From the IMG/VR virus record IMGVR_UViG_647533110_000001: a DNA stretch of 64,000 bases; one strand, written 5' to 3'. The stretch comes from a virus. Its lineage: Duplodnaviria > Heunggongvirae > Uroviricota > Caudoviricetes. Position numbers and translations under genes: made by a program. The notes under the pieces are model-generated. The model saw only the letters and a program-made list of their open reading frames with translations, was not told where the DNA came from and searched no databases. Positions 1 to 10,248 of the stretch are shown one piece after another; the first letter of the stretch is position 1; the number at the start of each line of letters is the position of its first letter.

Positions 1-106
1 AAATTCTATATTCGATTCTATCCGTCTCTAACTTCTTCGCTACATTTTACATTTTGATTTGCACGACATGTGCCCCTATCTTTATTCCATAATCGGATAA
101 ATAAAA

Positions 107-694
107 TTGACCATGTTTATACAACAAAAGAGGGGACTGTCTGTATCCCCACCCATCATCATTACTTGTGAATTATGTAATACGCTGGAGAACCTGGATG
201 AATGTAATCCTCCGGGAGATATTTTGCGTATTATGAGTAAACGAAATGTCTGTTCTAAATGTGCTTTCTGGATGGATAAAATAGCTCATCCGGATATAGG
301 TAATGAAGTTATTGGTTCTCATTATTATATTGTATATCCATTTGTAAAACGACCCAATAACGTTATTAAAGGTTCTGAAGGTAAAGAATTTTATATTCGG
401 CGATTTGATGGAACATTAATCAAATCCAATAATATATGGCATCAAGGTGAAATCCCAGAACATTTTAGAAAACAATTGCCAGATACTGCCAATTTCCTAT
501 CATTGATAACTTACACCAAATTATCTAATGACTCTCATAAGTGTCATGCTAAAGGATGCTGGGATCGCTATAATTGCCTTAGATATAATTTATCTTGCGA
601 ACGAGATGGACCTTTCAATAAGATTCCGGCCAATCATATTATTGGCGATGAAAATTGTCCTTTATTTATAAATATAAACGAATTAAAAATATGA
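107..694 (+). CDS. hypothetical Cys-rich protein
   Basis: 195-aa ORF with many Cys/His pairs; no motif recognised. Confidence 0.4.
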   Translation: MTMFIQQKRGLSVSPPIIITCELCNTLENLDECNPPGDILRIMSKRNVCSKCAFWMDKIAHPDIGNEVIGSHYYIVYPFVKRPNNVIKGSEGKEFYIRRFDGTLIKSNNIWHQGEIPEHFRKQLPDTANFLSLITYTKLSNDSHKCHAKGCWDRYNCLRYNLSCERDGPFNKIPANHIIGDENCPLFININELKI

Positions 695-1023
695 TATATG
701 TAATTTTTATATTATGCTTAATATTGTTTGCCATTGCCATTTATGCACTTCGTAAACTATCTAAGCAATACAAAACTCTTCAAGAGATATATTATCTTCA
801 GAAGCTAATGTTATCTCACTCTCAATTTACGAATGATGCCAATGAAATGATTTTATGGAAAATCAGATATGATATATGGTGCTGGAATGAAAACTTAGTA
901 AAAGCGGAAAATTATGAAATGGCACAACAAGCCAAAGTAGCAACTAATATTATAGCTGATATGATAACTTTTTATCGTAACAATTTAAAAGCAGATAATA
1001 ATGATACATACATTAAAAAATGA
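691..1023 (+). CDS. small membrane protein
   Basis: ATGA overlap with upstream stop; hydrophobic N-terminal helix MIYVIFILCLILFAIAIYAL. Confidence 0.35.
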   Translation: MIYVIFILCLILFAIAIYALRKLSKQYKTLQEIYYLQKLMLSHSQFTNDANEMILWKIRYDIWCWNENLVKAENYEMAQQAKVATNIIADMITFYRNNLKADNNDTYIKK

Positions 1024-1735
1024 GATGGAACGAATGTGGAATCAGTTTGACCATAAAGCGTTTATCTCAAATGATCCTATTCAAATAGTACACCAAATAC
1101 GGAATCTTTCTGGGAGAACTACAGCGGATATTGAGGTTTGTGCAATATTAACGGCTATGGTTTCATGGGGACAACGTAGTCATATAATATATTGTGCAGA
1201 GAAGTTGATGAACGTATGTGGATGGGAGCCAGGTAAATATATTAAATTGGGTGATTTTTATGATATTCCGGACGAATGTAGTATTTACCGTACTCTTACA
1301 GGAAAAATATTTAAAGAGGTGTGTCATCAATTAAGATGCTTCTACAGTAAACACGATTCTATTCAGGAATATTTAAAAAAACATCCCATTTCACTTGATG
1401 ATTTATTACTCACGCTATGCAATTGGTGTGAACCGGCCCGTCTTGGAAGTCCATATCGTAACTCTGCTTGTAAACGTATTAATATGCTATTGCGTTGGAT
1501 GGTTCGTAAAGATGAAATAGATTTAGGAGTATGGCAGACTGACTTAATCAAACCTAAAAAACTATACGCTGTTATGGATACCCATGTTGCGCAGCAAGCA
1601 CAACGTATGGGGCTTATATCTTATCCTAAAGAGAGCTGGAAGGCTGTTATGGAACTCACTCATGTTTATCGCCAATGGGATGCAGAGGATCCATTAAAAT
1701 ATGACTTTATATTAATGACAAAAAACTTGAAATAA
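1001..1735 (+). CDS. DUF2400/TIGR02757-like protein (HhH-GPD-like fold suspected)
   Basis: 244 aa; resemblance to the TIGR02757 family recalled from memory (LYAVMDTHV region); not verified. Confidence 0.4.
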   Translation: MIHTLKNEMERMWNQFDHKAFISNDPIQIVHQIRNLSGRTTADIEVCAILTAMVSWGQRSHIIYCAEKLMNVCGWEPGKYIKLGDFYDIPDECSIYRTLTGKIFKEVCHQLRCFYSKHDSIQEYLKKHPISLDDLLLTLCNWCEPARLGSPYRNSACKRINMLLRWMVRKDEIDLGVWQTDLIKPKKLYAVMDTHVAQQAQRMGLISYPKESWKAVMELTHVYRQWDAEDPLKYDFILMTKNLK

Positions 1736-1736
1736 A

Positions 1737-1919
1737 ATGATTGTTATTCTTTTAATTGTATTGTCGCTTGTCTCAATCGCGGCTATAACCATTGTGGTTG
1801 CACAGAATACAGCTTGTAAAGATTGTCCTTTTAAACGGACATGCGATGAATTGTTGAGCCAAAATCAACTTAACTTGTGCCAACAAAATAATATGCCAAG
1901 TCAAAACGAAGAGAAATAA
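1737..1919 (+). CDS. small TM protein
   Basis: 60 aa, N-terminal hydrophobic helix. Confidence 0.3.
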   Translation: MIVILLIVLSLVSIAAITIVVAQNTACKDCPFKRTCDELLSQNQLNLCQQNNMPSQNEEK

Positions 1920-1954
1920 TAAATAGATGTATAACGAACTAATTTAATAAAAGT

Positions 1955-2143
1955 ATGGATATAGAAAATAAAAACAGGGTTTCTGTAGAAGATATGAGAG
2001 CATGTTATGCTGAAAGATTTCCGTATGCACCCAATAATCAACGCATAGGACGATTTGCAAAACAAATAGGTTTCCGTCTTACCAAACAGATGGTTAAAGG
2101 GCAGATTATTAGTTTTTATATAAAAGATGATATAAGCAAATGA
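1955..2143 (+). CDS. hypothetical small protein
   Basis: 62-aa ORF, ATGA overlap with next gene. Confidence 0.25.
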   Translation: MDIENKNRVSVEDMRACYAERFPYAPNNQRIGRFAKQIGFRLTKQMVKGQIISFYIKDDISK

Positions 2144-3699
2144 GTACGTTTTCCGACAAATTCGATAACCACTGGAAGTGCATTCCATACGCAATGGCAA
2201 CGTTAACATCCAGTGATGGCTTTATGATTTTATTTCATCTGTTACGAAGAGGCTATACAGATGGGGATAAGACAACATGCGCCATATCCAACAAAGAACT
2301 AGCTGACGTCATGGGAACTTCTATTAGTTCAGTACGCCGGGCAATAGATACCTTGAAGCAACTTAATCTTATCAGCTGTTCTCAAAATAAAGGGGCACTT
2401 TGCACATTCTATGTAAATTGGAGCGAGATACGAGCAATACATAAAGTAAGTTCTCAAATATCAGATAAAGGATGGGTATATTTGCGAGGCTTGTGCTTAA
2501 ATAGCGAGGTACGTCCAATTTCAGCGATTCCATTGACCATATTGAACGATGTAGTTCGTCAATATCCACACACTTCGCTCAATATGAACACACCCTCGCT
2601 CAATATGAACACACCCTCGCTCAATATGAACACACCCTCGCTCAATATGAACACACCCTCGCTCAATATGAACACACCCTCGCAAATAGACGAAGAAAAA
2701 GGTGAAGACATAGAAAAACTATCAGAAAATATAGTCAAAGAGCAATCTAACCTCGTTCAATATGAACAGGGGTCCGCTCAATATGAACGAGGGTGCGCTC
2801 AATATGAGCAGGGGTGTGTTCATATTGAACGAGGGTCCGCTCATATTGAACAACAGAATAAGATATATATAGATAATATAGAGAATAAAGAGAATCATAA
2901 CGAACGAAGTGAGTTTAATAAAGAAACTGATATGAAGATTTTGGAATGGTTCAATTCTCGTGACTTATCTTTTCCAGATCTTTCTTCTTCTGATTTTGAA
3001 ACTATCATTAACCTTCCAGATTTTGCCGATAATGATTTTGATATGGCAATAAGAGAAGTTTGGGGATACTTGCAATATGATGAAGACTCTCCAGGTAATT
3101 ACATTCCAGCTGAATATTTCAAAGATATTCTTTACCGTGCTTGGAATGATTTAAAAACTATCAATCCGGATTTCTCTCTTTCGGAACAAGACATGAAGAA
3201 TATTTTTGGATTCGATGTTGAGATGCAGAATGGAGAACCTGTATGTTATGTGACTCCCAGTAAAATTAAAAACATCAATCAATCTCCTTCATCTTCCAGA
3301 AAAATTAAACGGAAGGGAGTAGGGGACCGAACCTCCAGATTAATATTTCTTGAATCTATCCGACAAGTCGCTGAAAGAGATACGAACATGTTGACAGATG
3401 CCGAATATGCAATATGGCTTATGATTGAGTTCGTGAAAGAACGGGAGAGTAATCAGCAACCTCGTCCATCGGAAGTGACAAAAGCAGTTTATGAAGATTT
3501 GCTTAAACGTTTCTCAAACGAATCGAAGGTACCTGTGGAAGATTTGAGAACCCTCTGGAAAGAACTTCCTCAAAAAAATACAGTTAAACTTCATCCTCAA
3601 CAGTTATCAGTCGATAAGATTATAAACTATAACGTGCAAGTAAATCAGGCAAGTGATGTGGAAGAGCTTTATAACAAAAAGATGGCAGAACAACCATGA
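2140..3699 (+). CDS. replication-initiator-like winged-HTH protein with internal iterons
   Basis: N-terminal wHTH (ELADVMGTSISSVRRAIDTLKQLNLI); tandem PSLNMNT x5 and AQYEQG-type peptide repeats encoded by DNA iterons; acidic C-terminus. Confidence 0.55.
   Translation: MSTFSDKFDNHWKCIPYAMATLTSSDGFMILFHLLRRGYTDGDKTTCAISNKELADVMGTSISSVRRAIDTLKQLNLISCSQNKGALCTFYVNWSEIRAIHKVSSQISDKGWVYLRGLCLNSEVRPISAIPLTILNDVVRQYPHTSLNMNTPSLNMNTPSLNMNTPSLNMNTPSLNMNTPSQIDEEKGEDIEKLSENIVKEQSNLVQYEQGSAQYERGCAQYEQGCVHIERGSAHIEQQNKIYIDNIENKENHNERSEFNKETDMKILEWFNSRDLSFPDLSSSDFETIINLPDFADNDFDMAIREVWGYLQYDEDSPGNYIPAEYFKDILYRAWNDLKTINPDFSLSEQDMKNIFGFDVEMQNGEPVCYVTPSKIKNINQSPSSSRKIKRKGVGDRTSRLIFLESIRQVAERDTNMLTDAEYAIWLMIEFVKERESNQQPRPSEVTKAVYEDLLKRFSNESKVPVEDLRTLWKELPQKNTVKLHPQQLSVDKIINYNVQVNQASDVEELYNKKMAEQP
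2575..2679. repeat. 5 perfect tandem 21-bp iterons TCGCTCAATATGAACACACCC
   Basis: direct reading; five exact head-to-tail copies inside the CDS 2140..3699. Confidence 0.9.
2745..2855. repeat. degenerate iteron cluster in both orientations (CTCAATATGAAC / GTTCATATTGAAC), followed by an AT-rich tract to ~2960
   Basis: five further copies of the iteron core, the last two inverted; AT-rich stretch follows. Confidence 0.7.
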
Positions 3700-3744
3700 A
3701 GTCTTTTGCCACCTTCCAGAATCCTTTTCCTTAGCCGGACTTGA

Positions 3745-4659
3745 TTATCTTATTTCGGGTTCGGCTAAAAAGTTTCTTCTAATTTCTATTTCTTCAGACA
3801 GTATTCTAATCGCATCTTTCTCTCTTCGAAAATAATTGCCTGCCAGATAACGTTTATTGCTTGTTACAGTTCCTTTTTCCACATCTGAAGTAACTTGCAT
3901 CTTATCTGTAATATACCAGTAGCGTTCTCCTGTAGCTACTTTCATGTTCAAAGGCTCAATTCGTTTTAGAAAATGATTCCATGTCTTACCAACCTTAGCT
4001 AATTCTACATCCAGAGCCTTTCTTTGATAATCCGCTGGCTTGAAAGTTGTGAACGAGAAATCATCTATTTTTCCCAAATACTCGTTCATGCTGTATTTAA
4101 CCGGTTCCCCTTTGATAACATAGCAATACATAACGATGTCTCCAGAGGATTTATCTGCAAGTCTTACGACTCCATATCCTTCTTGACCAGTTTTATGATT
4201 ATGGAAGCATACTAAATCACATGATTTGGGAATATATTTAGTGGAAATTACGAAAAATGGGTTGCCAAATTCCTGGCCATTTTCATCTAAAACTAAATAG
4301 AGGCGATTTAAAGCATTTTCTCCGGCTGGGGTTATAATGTCTACAGGAATTGTTATTTTGTCGAAATTAGGCGTGTTTCCGTCAATTCTAAGGCATATTA
4401 AAACAGTATTCACATTCCCTTCTTGTACCAAACCTATAGAATCGTTCCATTTTACTGCATCTCCAGCTCCAAATCCTTTGTCAAACCAGTTGGCAAATGT
4501 AGCGTAATCGAGAGCTTCAGGATCGTCTGAATAACTGGAAGGTACATGCAGCTTAATATTATATTCTGTTTTGCAATAAGAACTGATTCCTTTAAAGTCT
4601 ATCTCAGACTTATATTTTCTTTTTCTTAGAAAATGCTCTACTTGTTTTTTAGTTTTCAT
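3745..4659 (-). CDS. hypothetical protein
   Basis: 304-aa ORF, the only minus-strand gene in the first 30 kb; followed by a 900-bp AT-rich divergent intergenic region. Confidence 0.55.
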   Translation of the reverse strand: MKTKKQVEHFLRKRKYKSEIDFKGISSYCKTEYNIKLHVPSSYSDDPEALDYATFANWFDKGFGAGDAVKWNDSIGLVQEGNVNTVLICLRIDGNTPNFDKITIPVDIITPAGENALNRLYLVLDENGQEFGNPFFVISTKYIPKSCDLVCFHNHKTGQEGYGVVRLADKSSGDIVMYCYVIKGEPVKYSMNEYLGKIDDFSFTTFKPADYQRKALDVELAKVGKTWNHFLKRIEPLNMKVATGERYWYITDKMQVTSDVEKGTVTSNKRYLAGNYFRREKDAIRILSEEIEIRRNFLAEPEIR

Positions 4660-6459
4660 ATTTGGATAAAATAATCAATTGTTAGGCAAATGTAATATGA
4701 TTTTTTGATAAACATCAATTTGGATATAAAAATTTAGCTTAATTACCATAAAACGAGACTGAAAAAATAGGTGGCTGGAAAAAATCAGAAAACTTATATA
4801 TTGAATTTTTATATCATTGTCAATTTGAATATATTGGGAAATAATTATTTCTCTGTATTATAAAAATAAAGTTAATAAATTGATGCTGGGATAATTACAG
4901 AATCTCTACTTCCAGATTCGATATATTATAAAATTAATGTTAGAAATTGGAGATAATTTTATTGTATTGAATAACGTGGTCTGGAAGAGAATTGGCTTTT
5001 TGTACTATGATCGACTTTTGAAAAAACGAGATTGAAAAATCAGGTCGGATTATATATACGGTATTCGCTCCATAATTGACCGGCTCTGCCTTCTTTTTTT
5101 TATATTTTTTATTGCCATATTGCTGTAAATCAGTTAATTATATTGTTTCACTAATATACAAAAGTGAAACAAATGTGCTTTTGTTCTTTGTTTTGCCTAT
5201 TCTTTTGTTTTTGATACTCTTTTGAAATTATTACAAATTTACCCTTTTGTGTATGTGATTTGTTCCCGTTCCTTTTTGCATCCAGGTAACAACATCTCGC
5301 GCGCGTATATGTGTGCGTATGTGTGTATGTGTGTCGTGATTTGCCCTAATAAGTAACCACGCATACACGCACGTGTGTTGGGAATGCTTATTTAATTGAT
5401 TATCAATTGTTTATAGACGGTATTCTTTGTTGTATATTTATATATTGCTGAAAATCAGATGTTTATAAATTATTTTTAGTCTTAAAACGAAATTAATTGA
5501 TTATTTATTTGTGTATATCAAAACATTGCCATATCTTTGCAACGTCAAGTTAAGATAACGGCTACTTGATAAAGTGTTTACTTTCCGTTTTGGTTTTATC
5601 TGTAAACCTACAAAAAGCGAAAACCGCAAACAGATACGAGATAATAAACGTAATTAATAACCGTAAAAACAAGAAGTAAGAAACGGACAAAAGAAAGTAG
5701 TACATAAAAGCAAAAGGAGTGCGAAAGCGAAAGCAAAAGCGCACGCTCAGACATAAAACGGGATGTTTTGTGAACGGGGAAAAGAATACCCATAACTGTA
5801 ATGGTCAGTTATTAAAGATTGTCATGCAAACCGTCGCTGGCACTATGGGGGAGCTATATACATAAGTCTGCTACAAAAGCGTGCCATAGGTGCGTAGCTC
5901 CATGCAGCAAAAGGGAAAAGCGTGGGCTTAGTGCCATAAGTGTGCCTGTCACACTTGCATACCGAAAAACGGATGTCTGCGCAAAGGTGTGAAAATCTGC
6001 CCCTAATGCGAACTGAGAAAAGGTGAGCCAAAAGTGCGTGAAAACGTAAAACTGACTCTGTCGAAAGTGTGCCCAAGTTGCACCACCGTAATCACCAACG
6101 CAACGCAGCCCTAACAGTGAAGAAGTGTATGCCAAAAGTGTGCTTTAACGGTAACGATGGAAATTACCTACCACATAGGCGAAAGCGTATGTAAAAAACT
6201 GCAATTCAATCGGTTTGGTTGCAGTTGGTGAGCACTCATACACAAGGCGCACGGCTCCGTTGCGCTGTTAGTGACGGGCAAAAAGTTGTACATAGAGTGT
6301 GCTGGATAGGTGAATGTCCAGTATGCTCTGATTGGGCTTTAACGCAATCGAAAGCGTGTAAACGTTTTCGGTGGTGCGTTCCTATTTTGGTAGGTCGGGG
6401 TTCGATTCCCCGATTGCCTACAATGCGCTATTGCAGAAAATTCCTAAAAAACAGTAATC

Positions 6460-7152
6460 ATGGGAACAATTAGTAGGTATAACAGTGTACAATTTGAGAA
6501 CTTAAACGCAAACGAGTTGGTAGGCGTAACTTTGGTGTATAAGAGTGTAAACCGTGATGGAGAAACGCATTATTCAGGACTGAATTTTGCCGGTGATGAA
6601 TACACGCCAAAGGATAAGACACAGGACGAGATTTTCCGCGTGTGGAAAAATGTGGTAGCTACGTTCTGGACTGTGAAAGCGGTGGAAGCTGGGTTGCGTG
6701 AAGATAATGGTGGTATTGCATCCAAATTGCGTAGCGGTACACCGGCTGAAATCATAGTGCGTACAAGTGATTGCAAAGTGTCAAAGAAGTGGGATGTTGA
6801 GGGAAGTGTATGGAGCCGTATTGGTTTGGTGCCTACAAAGAAAGACCTGGATTGTGCAGCGCGTGATTTTAAGAAGAAAATCCATGCTGCTACAAAAGCG
6901 TCTTTCGATGCTCTGAAATTCCGTTTGAACTTTGAAGAAGTAGCCGCAAAAGCTGCTGACTATTATGAAATCTTGGGTGTGAAGCATGATGCTACGGAAG
7001 CGGAAATTAAAGCTGCATACAAACAAGCTGCTAAATCTGCTCATCCTGATGCCGGTGGTTCCAATGAAAAGATGCAAGAGGTAAATGCAGCATGGGAAGT
7101 TCTGGGAAATGCTCAAAAGCGTGCGGAATATGATGCGCGAATGGCTGCATAA
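6460..7152 (+). CDS. J-domain (DnaJ-like) protein
   Basis: C-terminal J domain DYYEILGV...AAYKQAAKSAHPD with HPD motif; N-terminal region unknown. Confidence 0.7.
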   Translation: MGTISRYNSVQFENLNANELVGVTLVYKSVNRDGETHYSGLNFAGDEYTPKDKTQDEIFRVWKNVVATFWTVKAVEAGLREDNGGIASKLRSGTPAEIIVRTSDCKVSKKWDVEGSVWSRIGLVPTKKDLDCAARDFKKKIHAATKASFDALKFRLNFEEVAAKAADYYEILGVKHDATEAEIKAAYKQAAKSAHPDAGGSNEKMQEVNAAWEVLGNAQKRAEYDARMAA

Positions 7153-7460
7153 ATAAAGAACTGGTAAGTCATAACATATATAGCACGTCTGGAGGTGAAT
7201 ACAGGCGTGCTATTTTTATGGGTAAAACGAACGTGGAAGCGCAGCGTGCAAGAAGTGCGAGTCTTTGTTACCCACTTTAATTGTGGCATGTACTTTTGAG
7301 TGCGTGCCATTTTTGTGTCTGATTGTAAATTTTAAAAAATAAAGCATGAAACGAGCAAGAATCCAAAGAACGAGCGTGAAAATCATTTCTACCTCTTGTG
7401 CAAGTATGACATTTTATTTGCCTAAATCTCAAAATGTTACTGTGAAGCGGAAAACTGTGT

Positions 7461-7811
7461 ATGATTTATTTAAAGCGTAAATCTATGAAGAAGTATGTTG
7501 TGGTATATAAGCGGAAAAAGTATATCAAAGTAGCTACTGCAATTGGTAGTAAATTCTATAGAATCTTGGTAGTTATATGCCTGTTGTTTTCCTGTATTGC
7601 GATAAATGCCAAAACTATAAGGGTATTTACAGGAAACATACAGCGCGTGGAGAAGACTGTGAGAATAGATGGAAACACTTACTTCCTAACATTGAAAGAT
7701 GGTACCATGTACCAACTAGAGGATGAGAAGCAATATAGTATTGTATTGGAGAGTTGGAAATATTTCAAGTTTATAATGATTGATGTGAAAGATAATGGCA
7801 AAAAAGAATGA
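7461..7811 (+). CDS. hypothetical protein
   Basis: 116-aa ORF with hydrophobic segment. Confidence 0.35.
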   Translation: MIYLKRKSMKKYVVVYKRKKYIKVATAIGSKFYRILVVICLLFSCIAINAKTIRVFTGNIQRVEKTVRIDGNTYFLTLKDGTMYQLEDEKQYSIVLESWKYFKFIMIDVKDNGKKE

Positions 7812-8052
7812 TATAGCCAGTTTCTTCTACTATATGTGGAATTGCTGGGATGAGCACGAATGTGCTGTTGCTTTTGAAAAAGCCGAATGTGGATGGAGAC
7901 ATTTATGGAACAAGTGGCGTGAATATAATAGTCAAAATGGTCATTATGGAGCGGTAGAAGAATTTTTTGCCAATTTGGATGACAGGAATCAGAACTTACT
8001 CGTAGAGCGTGCACTGGTGGAAATGTACAGCGGTAAAAAACGTATCAAATGA
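7795..8052 (+). CDS. hypothetical protein
   Basis: 85-aa ORF, overlaps neighbours in operon style. Confidence 0.4.
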   Translation: MAKKNDIASFFYYMWNCWDEHECAVAFEKAECGWRHLWNKWREYNSQNGHYGAVEEFFANLDDRNQNLLVERALVEMYSGKKRIK

Positions 8053-8324
8053 AAAAGATATTCAAAGTAATCGTGGGATGTGTTATTGTTATACTAACAT
8101 TAAAAGCCTGCCGCTTGAATTATGTGTGCGATGTAGTTGATAGTATTCCGAAAGAAATCCGAGAGCGCATAATTACAGAGCACCCAGAATGCGCCAATAT
8201 TGATTTGTTGGTGAAATTCTGGGAGACTAAAGGAGATTCCCTTGTTTCTGAAATTGCTAAGGAACAAATATATGACTGTGAACTTACCGAGTATTTGAAA
8301 CTCCATCCTGAAGAGAACAATTAA
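8049..8324 (+). CDS. secreted/small membrane-anchored protein
   Basis: N-terminal signal-like helix; ATGA overlap. Confidence 0.4.
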   Translation: MKKIFKVIVGCVIVILTLKACRLNYVCDVVDSIPKEIRERIITEHPECANIDLLVKFWETKGDSLVSEIAKEQIYDCELTEYLKLHPEENN

Positions 8325-8337
8325 TATCAAGACAATA

Positions 8338-8601
8338 ATGGAAACAAAAGTGTGTAAAGAATGTGGTCAGAGTTTGCCCAAATCAAATTTTTCTAAGAAC
8401 AAGGCAACCAAAGATGGGTTGGCAAACTATTGTAAGAAGTGTGACAAAGAAAGAAGACGCAAATCCAGTGGGGGCATAACTCAACAAGGAGTAAAAGCTA
8501 CTCTGAAAATGTCTGACTTTGATGACAACATGTTGTTTGCTGAATTGCGTAGACGTGGATACACTGGAGAATTACGTTATTCCAAAGTAGTAAATATATA
8601 G
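8338..8601 (+). CDS. zinc-ribbon-like small protein
   Basis: CKECG...CKKCD cysteine pairs. Confidence 0.4.
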   Translation: METKVCKECGQSLPKSNFSKNKATKDGLANYCKKCDKERRRKSSGGITQQGVKATLKMSDFDDNMLFAELRRRGYTGELRYSKVVNI

Positions 8602-8791
8602 GTATGTACACAAGTTATGGCTGGGAATTGACTAATCTTTTGCAGGGACAAGATGAGGAATATCTGCTTGAAGTGTTAACGGAAAATTACAGACGTTTGA
8701 GAGATGTGCCAGATCATCTTATTGTGACATTGCTTGAATACCGTGGTTATACTGGAAGATTGATAAAAAGTGAAAATTAAAATAAAGAAGT

Positions 8792-9469
8792 ATGATACCA
8801 GAAATTATTGAACAAATGCGCAAAGAGTTATACGATACTAAATTGTGCATCTCTGATTTCGAGAAGTATGATTTGAAAACTCTTGAAAAGACCAATGAGC
8901 CATTTTTTTGGTTAGTGCGCACACACGGAACACATTTGTGTTTTATTGGCCCCAGTGTAGAAAGTCTTTTTTCGTCAGAAAGTAACCGGTTTGCAATTAT
9001 GAAAGATTCTCATGCTATTATTGCAAGTATTGTTTATTGGGACGATTTGGACTATAATAAGTATTTTTATTGGGATGGAGCACAGCTTCAGAAAGTATCC
9101 AAGGATAAGGTTATTTCAATATTCAATAATATTTGGGGAAGCCGGATACATCAACTTTCCATTCAATACCCTGAAGAGTATGCAGCCATAAACAAACCAT
9201 TGGAATTAAAAATGTCCCCAGAAATATCAGAGCGTGTAAAAGAGGTCAAGAATATTGCTTCGGAATTGCAAGATTCAAGTTTTGAAGATTGCTTGAAAAG
9301 TCTACAAAAATGGGTGAGATTTGCCGTTAACCAACATATTGAAATATATGGTGATTTTGCGAAAAATAGCTTTGGATTCTCTGAGGTGGTAAATGGCAAA
9401 CGCAAAATTTGCGGCGGGATAATTATGTCCCCAAATGCGACTGAAAGACGTTGGAGTATTCATACATAA
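8792..9469 (+). CDS. hypothetical protein
   Basis: 225-aa ORF. Confidence 0.5.
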   Translation: MIPEIIEQMRKELYDTKLCISDFEKYDLKTLEKTNEPFFWLVRTHGTHLCFIGPSVESLFSSESNRFAIMKDSHAIIASIVYWDDLDYNKYFYWDGAQLQKVSKDKVISIFNNIWGSRIHQLSIQYPEEYAAINKPLELKMSPEISERVKEVKNIASELQDSSFEDCLKSLQKWVRFAVNQHIEIYGDFAKNSFGFSEVVNGKRKICGGIIMSPNATERRWSIHT

Positions 9470-9481
9470 AACTGTTGTAAT

Positions 9482-9799
9482 ATGAAGTATTCAGTAAATC
9501 CTAATCTCAATGCTGTTATGAATAGTATTGAGAAACTATTGTTATCCAAAGGAAAGGATAAGCAAGAGAGTATTCAAATTATTAAGAGGTATATAAAATC
9601 ATTTCCTAAAGAACCGGATTATAACTTGGCACAACATGGAGGTATGCTTGTTTCCCCTTATGATGTGAGAGAATTGAATATTAAATGCGGTTATAGTGCT
9701 GTTGTTCAGAACAGAATCTCTGATGGGAGAGTCTGGAATGAATACTTGCTGCGGGTAGGAAGAGTTGCTAAGGAACTTTTAAAAGCAAACGAACTATGA
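9482..9799 (+). CDS. hypothetical protein
   Basis: 105-aa ORF. Confidence 0.45.
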   Translation: MKYSVNPNLNAVMNSIEKLLLSKGKDKQESIQIIKRYIKSFPKEPDYNLAQHGGMLVSPYDVRELNIKCGYSAVVQNRISDGRVWNEYLLRVGRVAKELLKANEL

Positions 9800-10248
9800 A
9801 AGTTATATCAGAAATTTCACTTCGAGATTTCAAATTTTGGAGTGGGGGTGAGGATCGGGCAAAGAACTGTACCGATGAACAACTGGATAAAATTGAATCC
9901 ATAATGGAGAGTGCTGCTCCTGAAAGTGGTTGGACCGATGATGACATAAATAATTTCTTTTGGTTTGACTTTGATACAATTGCAGACTGGCTTGGATACA
10001 AGGATGGAGAACATTTTGATGCAGGAGTTAGTGAAGATGATGTGAAAGAAGCGCAAGATTGGTTTGACGGTATCACAGACACCGAAGATATGATTGATAT
10101 AGCCAGCCTTGACAGAGAAGACTATATTTCTACAGATGAAAATGGGGAAGAAGAATTTGATGAAGATCTTGTTTACTATGACTTTTCAAATTGGTGGAAC
10201 AATATGGATGATATTGAACAAGTGAAAGAGTATCGTAAGCACGAGTAA
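9796..10248 (+). CDS. acidic hypothetical protein
   Basis: 150 aa, very D/E/W-rich. Confidence 0.5.
   Translation: MKVISEISLRDFKFWSGGEDRAKNCTDEQLDKIESIMESAAPESGWTDDDINNFFWFDFDTIADWLGYKDGEHFDAGVSEDDVKEAQDWFDGITDTEDMIDIASLDREDYISTDENGEEEFDEDLVYYDFSNWWNNMDDIEQVKEYRKHE

Noticed and set aside
5843-6473. Short ORFs (77, 93, 84 aa) in the 5560..6460 block
   Set aside because: They overlap on both strands, have odd composition, and carry no start-site context; the region is better explained as non-coding.
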